A DNA stretch of 64,000 bases from Hormiphora californensis (lineage: Eukaryota; Animalia; Ctenophora), in contig CM035351.1 of the NCBI GenBank assembly GCA_020137815.1, positions 8,618,001 to 8,682,000 on the forward strand, in the 5' to 3' direction. This document shows, in pieces, positions 38,744 to 50,700 of this stretch (position 1 is the first letter of the stretch; the number at the start of each line of letters is the position of its first letter). Under the pieces are notes generated by a model that saw only the letters and a program-made list of their open reading frames with translations, was not told the origin of the DNA and did no database searches. The translations under genes and the position numbers were made by a program.

Positions 38744-41700
38744 ATGGCGTCTGATGAGGCCCGGACGTGCTACGAGTCGATCTGTATCAAACTGGTGAAG
38801 CAGGAAAAATCGGAACAGAAGTGTCATACGAAGTGCGAAGAAAGTTGTCAGGTACCTACGTTCTACTTGATTCGAGTCTGGGTTATTTTCCTTGTATTGT
38901 GACAATTGACATTATCATTAATTATATTTTATATTATATTTTCTTCTTTCTAATTATATTGTCCAACAACAAGTCCCAATCCTCTTTGACAGGTGTATGA
39001 TGTCAGCAATGCACTTGCTAACTCTCCACCTCCCTATCACCCTGATTTCATCAAGCTGACTGAGTGGGAGAAGCCCGATCTGGTTCTCAGGGTGGGGGAA
39101 ATGGAATTCAAGACCCACCGAAACCATCTCAAGCACTGCTGCCGGTGAGTAACTGACCAGTTATCAGTAGCCATTCTTATATTATATATTCTAATCTGAT
39201 CATGATTACCGATTGATGAAACTTTCGATCGGTATCTCTGTCTCCATGACCCCCTCAAGACCCCCCTCCCAGATACTTCCAGGCTATGTTTGGTAACCAA
39301 ATGTCCCCCCTCCCAGATACTTCCAGGCTATGTTTGGTAACCAAATGCCCCCCTCCCAGGTACTTCCAGGCTATGTTTGGTAACCAAATGCCCCCCTCCC
39401 AGATACTTCCAGGCTATGTTTGGTAACCAAATCCCCCCAGGTACTTCCAGGCTATGTTTGGTAACCAAATGTCCCCCCTCCCAGGTACTTCCAGGCTATG
39501 TTTGGTAACCAAATGCCCCCCCTCCCAGGTACTTCCAGGCTATGTTTGGTAACCAAATCCCCCCAGGTACTTCCAGGCTATGTTTGGTAACCAAATGTCG
39601 CCCCCTCCCAGGTACTTCCAGGCTATGTTTGGTAACCAAATCCCCCTCCCAGATACTTCCAGGCTATGTTTGGTAACCAAATCCCCCCCCCTCCCAGGTA
39701 TTTCCAGGCTATGTTTGGTAACCAAATGTCCCCCTCCCAGGTACTTCCAGGCTATGTTTGGTAACCAAATGTTAGAGAGTCAGATGGAGGAGGTGACGTT
39801 ACAGAATGTTGACGAGAAGAGCTTCAGGTCCATCATAACGAGTTTCTATACCGGATACCTTTCTCTCTGTACAAATTGTGTCTTGGGAGTACTCCGTACA
39901 GGTATATTTAGCGCACAATTCATGGATGTTAGAACTTACTAATACAATGTTGCCTTGCTCGATCCTCTCTCACCGTAAAGGAGGGTTATTTATCACCCGT
40001 GCCTGTTTCTAATGATTATTCACGTTTAGGAACGTTTCTGTTGTCTGATATTGTTTTGGAAGTGTGTGAGAATTACATCATCACCCATCTGGATCTATCC
40101 AACGTATTTGAAACTCTGGACGTTGCAATAGAGTTGGCATTTGACAAGATTTCAGAACAGTGCAATCGACTAATCTGCTCTAACTTGGGTAGGTACTACT
40201 AATGTACCGTTATTTCTAATATTATATCTTGACAATTTCTGCTTACATCCCTGACATGCCTTCTTTTCAGGTGGATCCCAATGTCTCCTGGAGACTGAGA
40301 AGTTCAGGAACCTCTCTCCTCGTCTCATGACCTCCATCCTGAGCGGGTGGCCTACTGATTGTACGGAGACAGAACTAGGGTATGGGGTGTTCCGATGGGC
40401 GGAGGTTATCCTGGAGAACACCCCCGCCGCCAATAACAATAGTAGTTATCTCTCTACTAGTAGTTACCTTACTAAGGAAGATGAGGAGGAAGAGGATGAT
40501 AGTGGCATTGTACCAGACTTCCAGGTATTACATTAGTTTACCCCCTGACAATTCTGATAAATCTAGAGTTTAGGCACATTCTGATATTAAATTGAGGGTA
40601 TAATTTGATAATTGCAGGCAGAACTTCTGGAAGCCGCCAAGACGCCTCCTCCACCACCACCCAGGCACACATCCACACCAAACTCCACCAAGAGCTCTGG
40701 GAAGCAGCGGAAAATCCGCAATTACAGTAGGAAACACAGGGACCAAGACAGAAGTGACCGGAGAGATCAAGATAGAAATGATCGGAGGGATTCCTCCTCC
40801 TCGGGAAAAGTGAGGCAGAAAAGGGTACATGATGATGTAGCGGTTACCCCACCCAGGAAGCGGGGAAGGATTAGTGATATCTGCAGGGAGGTTGAGAAAG
40901 TCGTGCTGATGGTGGAGTTTGGAAACTTTGAACAGGACACCCTTCTAGATTTACTGAACACTGAGGTATTATAGTCACTTGAATTGGTCATACAAAGTGT
41001 CAGGCTACTAAAATAGTCACACTGTTGTCAGGCACTGACTGTAACATCTCGCACGCAGCCGCCCGGGCCGAATAACACTTGTCTGTTACCGAAACTAAAA
41101 TTGATTATTGATGTTTGTTCACATCATTATGTCAATCTTATTCTAGTTGTGTCCACTATTTACAGGTTATTCGTAAGCTTCCCGCGGTGTTTGATCACAT
41201 AACCCTCCTGAGTCGGACAGTTCGGTATAAACTTGCCCTAGAGAGGGGCTTCAAACCATCCGTTTCACTTTGTTATCACCGATACTACAGGTACTATCCC
41301 AGTTACACATTGTTATCACCGATACTACAGGTACTATCCCAGTTACACTTTGTTATCACCGATACTACAGGTACTATCCCAGTTACACATTGCATTGAGG
41401 TAGGGGTTACTACCCGAACACTTTCAGAGAATTCAAACTCCGCTCCTAAACGATCATACCCCATTATACCAAGTATGCAACTATGTACTACATCCCGCAG
41501 GACGAAAGACACGTCCCAACGGTACGGCATCATCTACTCCTTCATAAACAGCAGATGGCACATTATTGACAACTCATTCAATTACAACCTGTTCTCTGTA
41601 AAGAGCATCATAGCGGCTGGTTTCATGTACATATTCGGGATGGAGAAGGTACCAGGACAACCCGCCATACCTCGTGGATACAGGTAACAAGGGGAGGGGG

Positions 41701-44700
41701 GGGGGGTAACAGGGGGTTGAGGCCCATCTTCACAGGGGGGTATTTGCTCTGCCAAACCCTCACAGAGCACTAGCAGTGTGAGCTACACAGGGCTGTTTGG
41801 AGTGGGGGATGGAGTGAGTTGTCCCAAGTACAAGCTGACCTCTGAGTGACTAATTCACTGTCCTATTTATTCTATATTGGGATACCCTGTTTAAATCAAC
41901 CCTCTCTACAGGTATAACCAAAGTACCGGGTACTGGAAGGAGGTGGCTGCCCCTATATACTCCTTCAACAACAATGCTAAGTGTGTTCTACACAATGGGA
42001 CTATCCTTCTTATTGGTAAGAGTTAGAGGCTGAACTCCGCAGGTGTTTCATACTATGAATACTAAAATCTTGTCTCACATTACAGTCATGTAGTATGACA
42101 ATAAAGTTTATCCTCCCGGTAAAGTGGGGTCCGACTGTATAGTTACAGCTACATTGAAATATGTATTCCCCCCATAACCATTAGGAACCGTGACACAGAC
42201 AGACCTGTTTGACATAGCCTCGAAAGACTTTAGCAGGGCTGGTATGCTGATGTACGATCACATTCTATTTGATGTTTTGTGTGACAGATTCAGATGTCAC
42301 ACTGCTTACGGTATTGGTCATACATTTTCACTTAGAATCTAAGTTACTAAGTTAGACCCGTTTAGATAATAAGAGATTAATCTGATTAATAGACAACAAT
42401 TGTAACACAGATTCATAAGAAGGTATCGATAGGAATTACTTGATGGCATGTTTGTTTGATTGTGATATATAGTCGAATTTTTTAATCAAGGGACAGGGGG
42501 CCGCGCATTCAGAGGGGTCGCGCGGCTTTGTATTTGCGCGTGATAATCGAGATCAAGTTCCTGGCAATCTTAAGACTTGAACCCGGAAGCGTTGGAAAGA
42601 TAATTTTAATACCTTTTCAACGCATCCAAGATCAAGTCTTTATCTTATCAGGAACAGGAGATATGAGCGAAAACGTTTAGCACGCACAAAAAGACTTTTG
42701 TAAATGCGCGGCCCCTGTCCCTTGATTAAAAAATTCGACTATAGATGGTCTTTGTCATGTTTCAAACTTTTCAACACTACTTAAAACAAATTAATTTGAG
42801 CGATACGATAGTTTTTGTCTCTATGCTGCTAGATTGCATAATTTGGGCGCGTTATGGTTATATGAGACATATTACAATATGTCTCATTTTCCAGTTTTTA
42901 TATAAACGTGTATCAGGTGGGGCGGTGCACGTGTATAACAGAGTCACACCGCCCGATCATAGGATGGGTCACCCCTCATTTTACATGCCCTATTCGTCAC
43001 TATTGTTTCAACATTTGGAAGAGCTGCTAGGGAGATAGATAGCTCCTTCCGTCTCGCCATCACTGTTCAGTAGGGTGTGCTATTTCAAATTTTTTTCGAC
43101 TAGGCCATTCAGTATCTAGCTAATGTGAAACTATGGACAATTCTCTATCACATCAGCAAAACAGAATCGGGATAGTGTTTGTCAGTTACGTTGGCATCGC
43201 GATTTAAAAAGTGTAGTTTTTAACCGAAAAATGGTAAAAACAGGAAAATATGTGTGGTTTTCACCAGTTTTTGACATGTTCTTGATATCAACTTTTTATG
43301 ATTAGGATTGTGTTCAGCACCTCGAAACTGACAGGAATTGATATGCATCATTAAATGATGCTAAAGTTCATTTTTGACCTAAAAATGTTCATTTTTGACA
43401 AAAAATGTTCATTTTGGACATGTTCTTCAATTTTGAGAGCTTTTTCATGAACGGGATCGTGTTCCGCAGGCCAAAATTAGTCGATTACAGGCGAAATTTG
43501 CTTTCCACCAAGAAAAAACTAAAAAAATTAAAATTTATCCCCACGATTCTGCAAGTTGGTAAAATTAGCAAGAAAAAAAAGGGAGAAAATTTTTTATTTT
43601 CGTTCATAAAGTGGATATCTGAAGGCTCAAACTGAAAGTAACAGTTGTATAAGTTGTCACGAGACGATTGATATGTGTGTTTTGTTCGAAATAACGCCCT
43701 AAAACAGACTTTTTGAAATGAATATGCCCATATATGGGCATAGCTCGTGCCAACGTAATTGGGCCATGGTAGAGCCAAAACTTTGTGATAAAATGTTTTA
43801 GAATGATCGTAGGAGCTCATTTAACCCGATACCAAGTGAAATTTTGAATTAAATTAGGAATTGGAAAAATAGCACACCCTACTGTTCAGCGACCTGCTAC
43901 GAACAATATACCTGTTCAGCACTACGACCTGATAGTCGGATTCCTGCTGTTGACTGTTGTTCATCAACTACTTTGGACCGCGTCTCTTACAAATCAATAC
44001 ACTTGTTACACACCATCCACCTTGTTACACACCATGGATGAATTCGATTGGGAGCTAATCTATGCGAATCTCGATGATTTTAAGACGAATGTAATGACTC
44101 TCCTGCTTCGTCCCTGTATCGCCTGTATGAGGTGTATGGATCATGAGGTTGATCCGGAACAAGAGAGTATCAGCACGAACAAGAGCTCCGGAGAGACCGT
44201 GAGAGCTGGACATGTGATTGGGAAAACTAACGAGGGCGTGCTCATTAGAGTTATGTGACAATGTTTTTGCTTGCCTAGCTAGACTGTGTTAGAGGGTTAG
44301 AAGATAACAAGTTTTGGCTAGTTTGATAGTTTTGAACTAGGTTTTTCTTGCTCGCATTGGGATCTGATAATGTCGTGACGCCTTCCAGTTACTCAACTAG
44401 ACAATTAGTCGTGACATTGTGTCTAAACAGTTCTATTTTGTACTGTCCCTACTATACCACCTCCCTCTCCAATCTCCATCACGTTTCAGGTGTGGTAACC
44501 TCCAGCAGTTCGGCTCTGTCCCTGTTTCAGCAGCAGTTCCTGACTTCTATCCAGTTTGATCCAGCTGTCGGAACTTGGAAAGTGGTACGTGCTCTTATTG
44601 TTAATACTAGTTCATACTAGTTCATACTAGTTCATACTAGTTCATGTTGTTCATAAATAGTCGTTTTAATATTGTTGATACTGTTCGTAGACAACAGTAT

Positions 44701-47700
44701 GAACAGTTCATAAAACGATCTACTACAGTGCTAAAATGTATTTCAGGTTGATTTGAAGTTGCCCATCACCAATTACGAGTTGCAACGTTACGTTAGCTCC
44801 ATTATATCTCACCGTAGTTCCCTATTCTACGTACATAAAAACTACGTCATGTCTGCTGACCCCAGTAAGTAGAAAACTAACCGTTTTGGATACTTGCTCA
44901 AGGTAGTAGAGACTGGTGGGGTAGTGTATATCATTGTTTCCATTGTTCAGTGTTCACACCAGTTCTGTGGGTGGGTGTATCTGGTATCATGAGTCATGAT
45001 TCATGACACAGATGATACGATTTACTAAATAGTTTTACATTTCCCAGGTGATCCGGACGAAAGTGTAACGAAGGTGGCAATGATTAGTAACATGTTTAGT
45101 GATATGAGTAACTATTGGCTGTTTGCCAGTGGAGATAAGCTGGTCCTCATGGGAGGGATGTTCTCCGCTCAGGGGGGCAGTCACTGGGATAACAAAGAGG
45201 TAGGTAAGTGATAGATAGTTATCGGCTGTCAGCGCGATGCTTGATCCTGACCACTCTTCTCGCCCTAACTACCCAGTAGTTCGATTACCCTGATGATCTG
45301 AATATATATGAGCACCTGAGACATATTTCTTGGCGTGTTGATGATCCTCATTCTTTAGACCGGGTACACAAAATAGTCAAATGGAAGTGCCCTATTTCAT
45401 GAAAATCTCCGGAAACTCTATATAATTGGGGTTCAAGAGAAAATGTTCTTATTAATACAAAAACACATGGACATGCACATAAAACATCAACATTCAACAT
45501 TGATAATTACGGCACAACAGTTCGTCCTGTTCCGGGGTGCTCTGGGGGTTTACAGGGGCCAGGGGCGTTGGGTGACCGTACCGATGTATTTCCGTAGACA
45601 AAGATAAACACAGGTTCTTACAAAGGTGAGAAGAAGGTTTCAAGGTAAACGAAGGTATAGTTGTTAGGAAGAACTGACAAACTTTCTTGCATTCTCACAA
45701 AAACATCAGAGGTAAAACATCTCTCGCGCGGCGGGAATAGTGTGATTCCGCGCTCGCGATAGCTCACAACACATTTAGAACTCTCGCGCGTTCCATACGA
45801 ACACTCAAGAAAACTGTGACACACTCATGGCACACATCACACACACGTTACACACACAAACAAACTATTAGATCACACCTATCACACTCCCCTCTCTTTC
45901 CTTTTCCGAATCGAGAGATGAGCAAGCAGGAGATTCAGGTCCGGCAAGCTACAGGTCAGGGCTAAAAATGAACACTGTCATGAGTGGCTGGATGTGAAAA
46001 ATAAAATGGCAGGGAAAAGGAAAATGCCAGTCGGCTAATAAACTCGTGACAAAGCATCAGGTGAGTTAAATATACACACTGGGTGAGTAGTAAGAAAACG
46101 GGTTAAGAAGTAAAAACTGGGTTAAAATAAGGTGAGATAAAATACAAAAGTAGGGATAAAGTAAACGGTTACAGCATTCCGTTGATAACGTCCGGGTTCA
46201 CTCCTCTCTTTGTCAGGATGTCAGCGGGGTTCAACTTTGATTGAATCCAAGAGACTGTGACTTCCCCTCTCTCGATTCTCTCTTGAACTTCTCGTAATGT
46301 GAGAATTGTTGACTTATCTTCAGGGGTTGAAGACACCTTGTTTGCAGAGTCAACAACTTGTTTGGAGTCAGTGAAAATCTTGATTCCCGGGTCAAAAGTG
46401 AGTTCTCTCAAGAAGGATTGGATCAGGATTGCATATCCCAAACCATCACTCACTGCATAGAGTTCTGCTGCGTAGACACTTTTCACAACACGTTTAACCT
46501 TGTTGGAACTGTAGGCTATCAGGTTAGCGTGAGAGTTGTCTCCTGTTTCAGTTTGAGGGTCTCCCCAGAAAAGAATGACACCTTCCCCGGTTTTCTTGTC
46601 ATGGAGATTTCCAAGACTAGCGTCTGTAAAAACTGAAATATTAGCGTTAGTGTGAAAAATAGGGGAAAAAGTAATCTTTGTTGGGGATAAATTCTTGACA
46701 ATCTTCTTCAGCTCTTTGAATTGTTTCCCAGTCCACGGTGATGTCGTAGTAATGTCAAGAAGGCTAAAACAGATCTGTGGCATAGTCTGTGTTGCCAGCC
46801 AATTCAACTTTCCAATCACAGTCCTCATGAGAGATTGGAGGTTATCGTCAACTTCTTCACTATTCTGGGGCACAGGTTTGACAGAATTCAACTTTTCCAT
46901 CATACTGTCTCTGACATAGTTACAATACTGCTGCTGTGTGACGAATATGTTGTTTCCTTGCTGTTTGACTTGCCAGCCAAGGTAGTTGAAATCGGTTATC
47001 TCCACTCGTCCTATCTTGTAACTGTTCAGGGCGGGTTCCACTTTAGCGAAGAAATTGTGGTCACCTGTCATCAGAATGTCATCAACATGGACAACTAGTA
47101 ATCCTTCTAGCTTTCCATCATCTCCGATGGTGAAGAATACGTTTTTGTCAATTTTAGATTGACGGAGAGTCTTCTTCAGAGTTGCAGAGAGAGAAAAATA
47201 CCATTTTCTACCAGCGTCTCCTAGTCCATACAGGGGTTTCAGAAGTTTCCACAACACTCCTTGTTTCCTCATGGAATTAGGTGGTTTAACGTACACCTCT
47301 CTTGACATAGTGTCTGATTGCAAATAAGCGCTTGCTACATCAACACTCTTCAGGTTCCAGTTGGTTGTAGTAGACAGACTGAGTAGAGTTCTCACTGCAT
47401 ACTTTGTTACAGTTGGGGATTGGGTTTGGTCCTCTAACTTTTCCTCGAATCCACGGGCAACTAGACGGGCCTTGACTGTCCCATCATCCTTTCGGGTTAT
47501 AACCCATCGGGTGCTTACCCGGTCCTGTCCTGTGTCAGGCACTTCTTCAAATGCTTTAAATTCCTCCAGTTTATCGATCTCTTTCCTTCGTGCTAATTGC
47601 ACTTCCTCTTTACCCATCTTTGATGCTGCTAGGAGAATTTCATCATGTTCGGGACTGAAGGGTTCTTGATCATCTGGGGGTTTTCTGGGACTGTCCTCTC

Positions 47701-50700
47701 TGGGATCTGTAGTCTCAGGTAGAAGTACCTGCTTCTGCTCAACATGATCATCAAGATTCTGGAGCTGTTCACTTTCTGGAACATTTATCTCAGGGGCAGA
47801 TCCACTTTCTTGGGATACTTCCTCAACCGGATTATCAGGATTCGGAGGCTGTTCACTTTCTGGAACATTGTTCTCTTGGACAGATCCACTTTGGGATTCT
47901 TCCTCTACCGCGTTACCATTTTTAGTAACTTCAATCACTGTGTGTTCACTTTCGGAATCTGATACAGGATGTGTTGCTGCGGGAGTGTCTCTATGAGTTT
48001 TACTCCTCAATCCGAAATCTCTTGCTGGAGGTGCCACTTTGGTTTTCTTCTTCTTGGGCTTCTTCTTCTGTACCTTGGGCTCGGTTGGCCTATCCTCGGG
48101 TTCATCTTCCTCACTTGAGTCTCCCAGTGCTAATCGCGAATTGGGGACTGTCCTCTGGTTCTGGTCTTTTCGCTCATGGACTAGCCTCACTTTACAAGGA
48201 TGTGCACGTAGTAGTGCTCCACCGTGCTTGATTAAAACATTGTTATCGATCATTCCAACAACTGTAGCGGGTCCCAACCAGGTTTTGTGAGCTTCACGCT
48301 TGTAGAATACCTTATCTCCCTGGACATAGGTATGTTGATCCTGTGTTGGTCCGGCACTATTTAGTGCTCGTTTCAGTCTGGAAGAATTTTCCAATTCGAT
48401 AAACTTTAATCGGGCTGTCTTCATGGCTTGTAGATTCTTCACTACTAATTCATCTCCGTGAGCATTTCCTCCGTGAGCAGGTAGGCATTCTTCTGAGTCC
48501 AATACGTGTGGAAAGGTAGGAGCTGTGCCAAAAACTAGTTGATGTGGTGAAAATCCCATCTGATTGCTTAGCTGGTTCTTAGCATTGCTAGACCAAGCAC
48601 AAGCCACTGGTATAGTGCATCCAGTGTCATCACGAGTTTTGACAACCATGTCTCCAAGAATTCCGTTGTGTCTCTCAGTGAGACCATTGCACCATGGGCT
48701 CTCAGCTGGGGTAGCTTTCAAGTCAATATCTAGGCGGCTTGCCATCTCCAGGATAACTTCGTTGGTGAATTCTCCTCCGTTGTCCGATAGGATCCTCTTG
48801 GGGCGACCAAAGATAGAAATCCAACATGTGAAGAATTTCTGAACACATTCTTCTGCTGATTTGTTCTCGATGGGGACCATAACACTGTACCTGGTTAGTG
48901 TATCAATGATATGAATAGTCCACTTTGATTCACCCGAGCTGAATTTCAACATCTTTAAATCCATTGCAACACACTCATTGAAAGTGTTCCCGAGAGGTAA
49001 TGCAACTTTCCTCCTAGGTTTGGATCGTTGATGCTCCATGCATTGTTGGCATTCAAGTGCAACTTGGTGAAGTTCTCGACAAATCTCTTCCTTGTTGGGG
49101 TGATTGGAAGATTTAGCTACCTCCTGGATTTTCGCAGTCGAGCCATGGGCAAAGTAACGATGGAGTTTCTGGGCAATCTTTCTGGGTGATGTGGTACCTG
49201 AATCCGAAGATGTTAAAAGAGTAGTTGGAGAAAGTTTGGAGTTTAAATCAATTGTGACGTGACCACTATCAGTGAGATGTAACTGTGTTTGTTTACCCGA
49301 GACCTGTAGCACGTCGTTCCCAAAATCAATCACCGCTCCTCTCTCGCTAAGTAAAGCTCTGGATAAAAGAGGTGGGATGTTAAGGTCTAGGACAAACACG
49401 GGTACTTCATCACATGACACACCAAATATATCTGTGGGTATATACGCAATCGATTTAGACGTTACAGATTTGGAATCACCAAAAGTAAAATGTCTCTCAC
49501 TGACAGTCTCTCTCTTACAACGTATACAAGATTCACTCTCAAATTTACGTAACCAATTTGCACCACACACTGAGATAGCTGCACCAGTGTCCAAAATCGC
49601 TCTTAGGCCACATTGTTCAGTTAGTGAAAGAATATACTCTGTACCGACAACCATCTTGAAAACTCCGTGCTGCCTGCCGCCACCACGGCCACCACGATTA
49701 CCACGACTACCACCACTGCCACCATATTTCGACTCCTTCCTGGCGCTATTCTTCTTTAGACAGTTGGAGGCCACATGGCCGGGTTTTCTACAGTTAAAAC
49801 ATACAATCAGAGTTAATGATTCTGTTTCAGTTTTCTCCGAGTTAGAAACTGCACCATTTGACTCGGGAAGGTTGGCACCAAAAGTCCTTTTCATCGATTG
49901 AATCATGTCCTCTAAACGAATATTAGGACAAGTTGCTCGTAGAAGGCGTTTTTGCTCCGGGGTCAAATTTGCTTGTTCAAGGAGTCTATAGGCAAGGATC
50001 TGAGATCCGTAGATAGCATCTTGAGTCTCCACTTCACACCTCTGCTTCAACTCATTGAGCCGTGTTGAGAACTCCGAAATGAATTCAGGAATGGGCTGAT
50101 CGGCTGGTCGTACAAATCGTTCAAAACGTTCAATGGCAGTAAACAAGCTTGCGGTTTTGTCTCTGCCAAAGACTTTTTCCAATGATCCGAGTAGATATGA
50201 TACACCATCCTCAGTCTGGAGTTTCGCAATTTCAAGTCCCAATGCGTGTTCCTTCGCAGAGCCCGTAAGGACGTATGCGAGGCGAGCAGCTTGGCTCTTT
50301 ACCGGACAAGTTGTACCAGCAATCCATAGAAGAACATCCCTTCTGTAGGCATCGAATGGCAACTCGGCGTTGAAACTGGGAGGATGGATGTCTGACGGCA
50401 TCGATTTGCACTTGCTGCTACCACTGTTCCGGGGTGCTCTGGGGGTTTACAGGGGCCAGGGGCGTTGGGTGACCGTACCGATGTATTTCCGTAGACAAAG
50501 ATAAACACAGGTTCTTACAAAGGTGAGAAGAAGGTTTCAAGGTAAACGAAGGTATAGTTGTTAGGAAGAACTGACAAACTTTCTTGCATTCTCACAAAAA
50601 CATCAGAGGTAAAACATCTCTCGCGCGGCGGGAATAGTGTGATTCCGCGCTCGCGATAGCTCACAACACATTTAGAACTCTCGCGCGTTCCATACGAACA

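Noticed and set aside
39261-39770. CRISPR-like array
   Set aside because: There are no unique spacers (only variable C-tracts) and no cas genes, and the unit is a duplicated eukaryotic splice junction
45618-45824. Identical 68-aa ORF here and at 50515-50721
   Set aside because: Both lie within the two LTR copies
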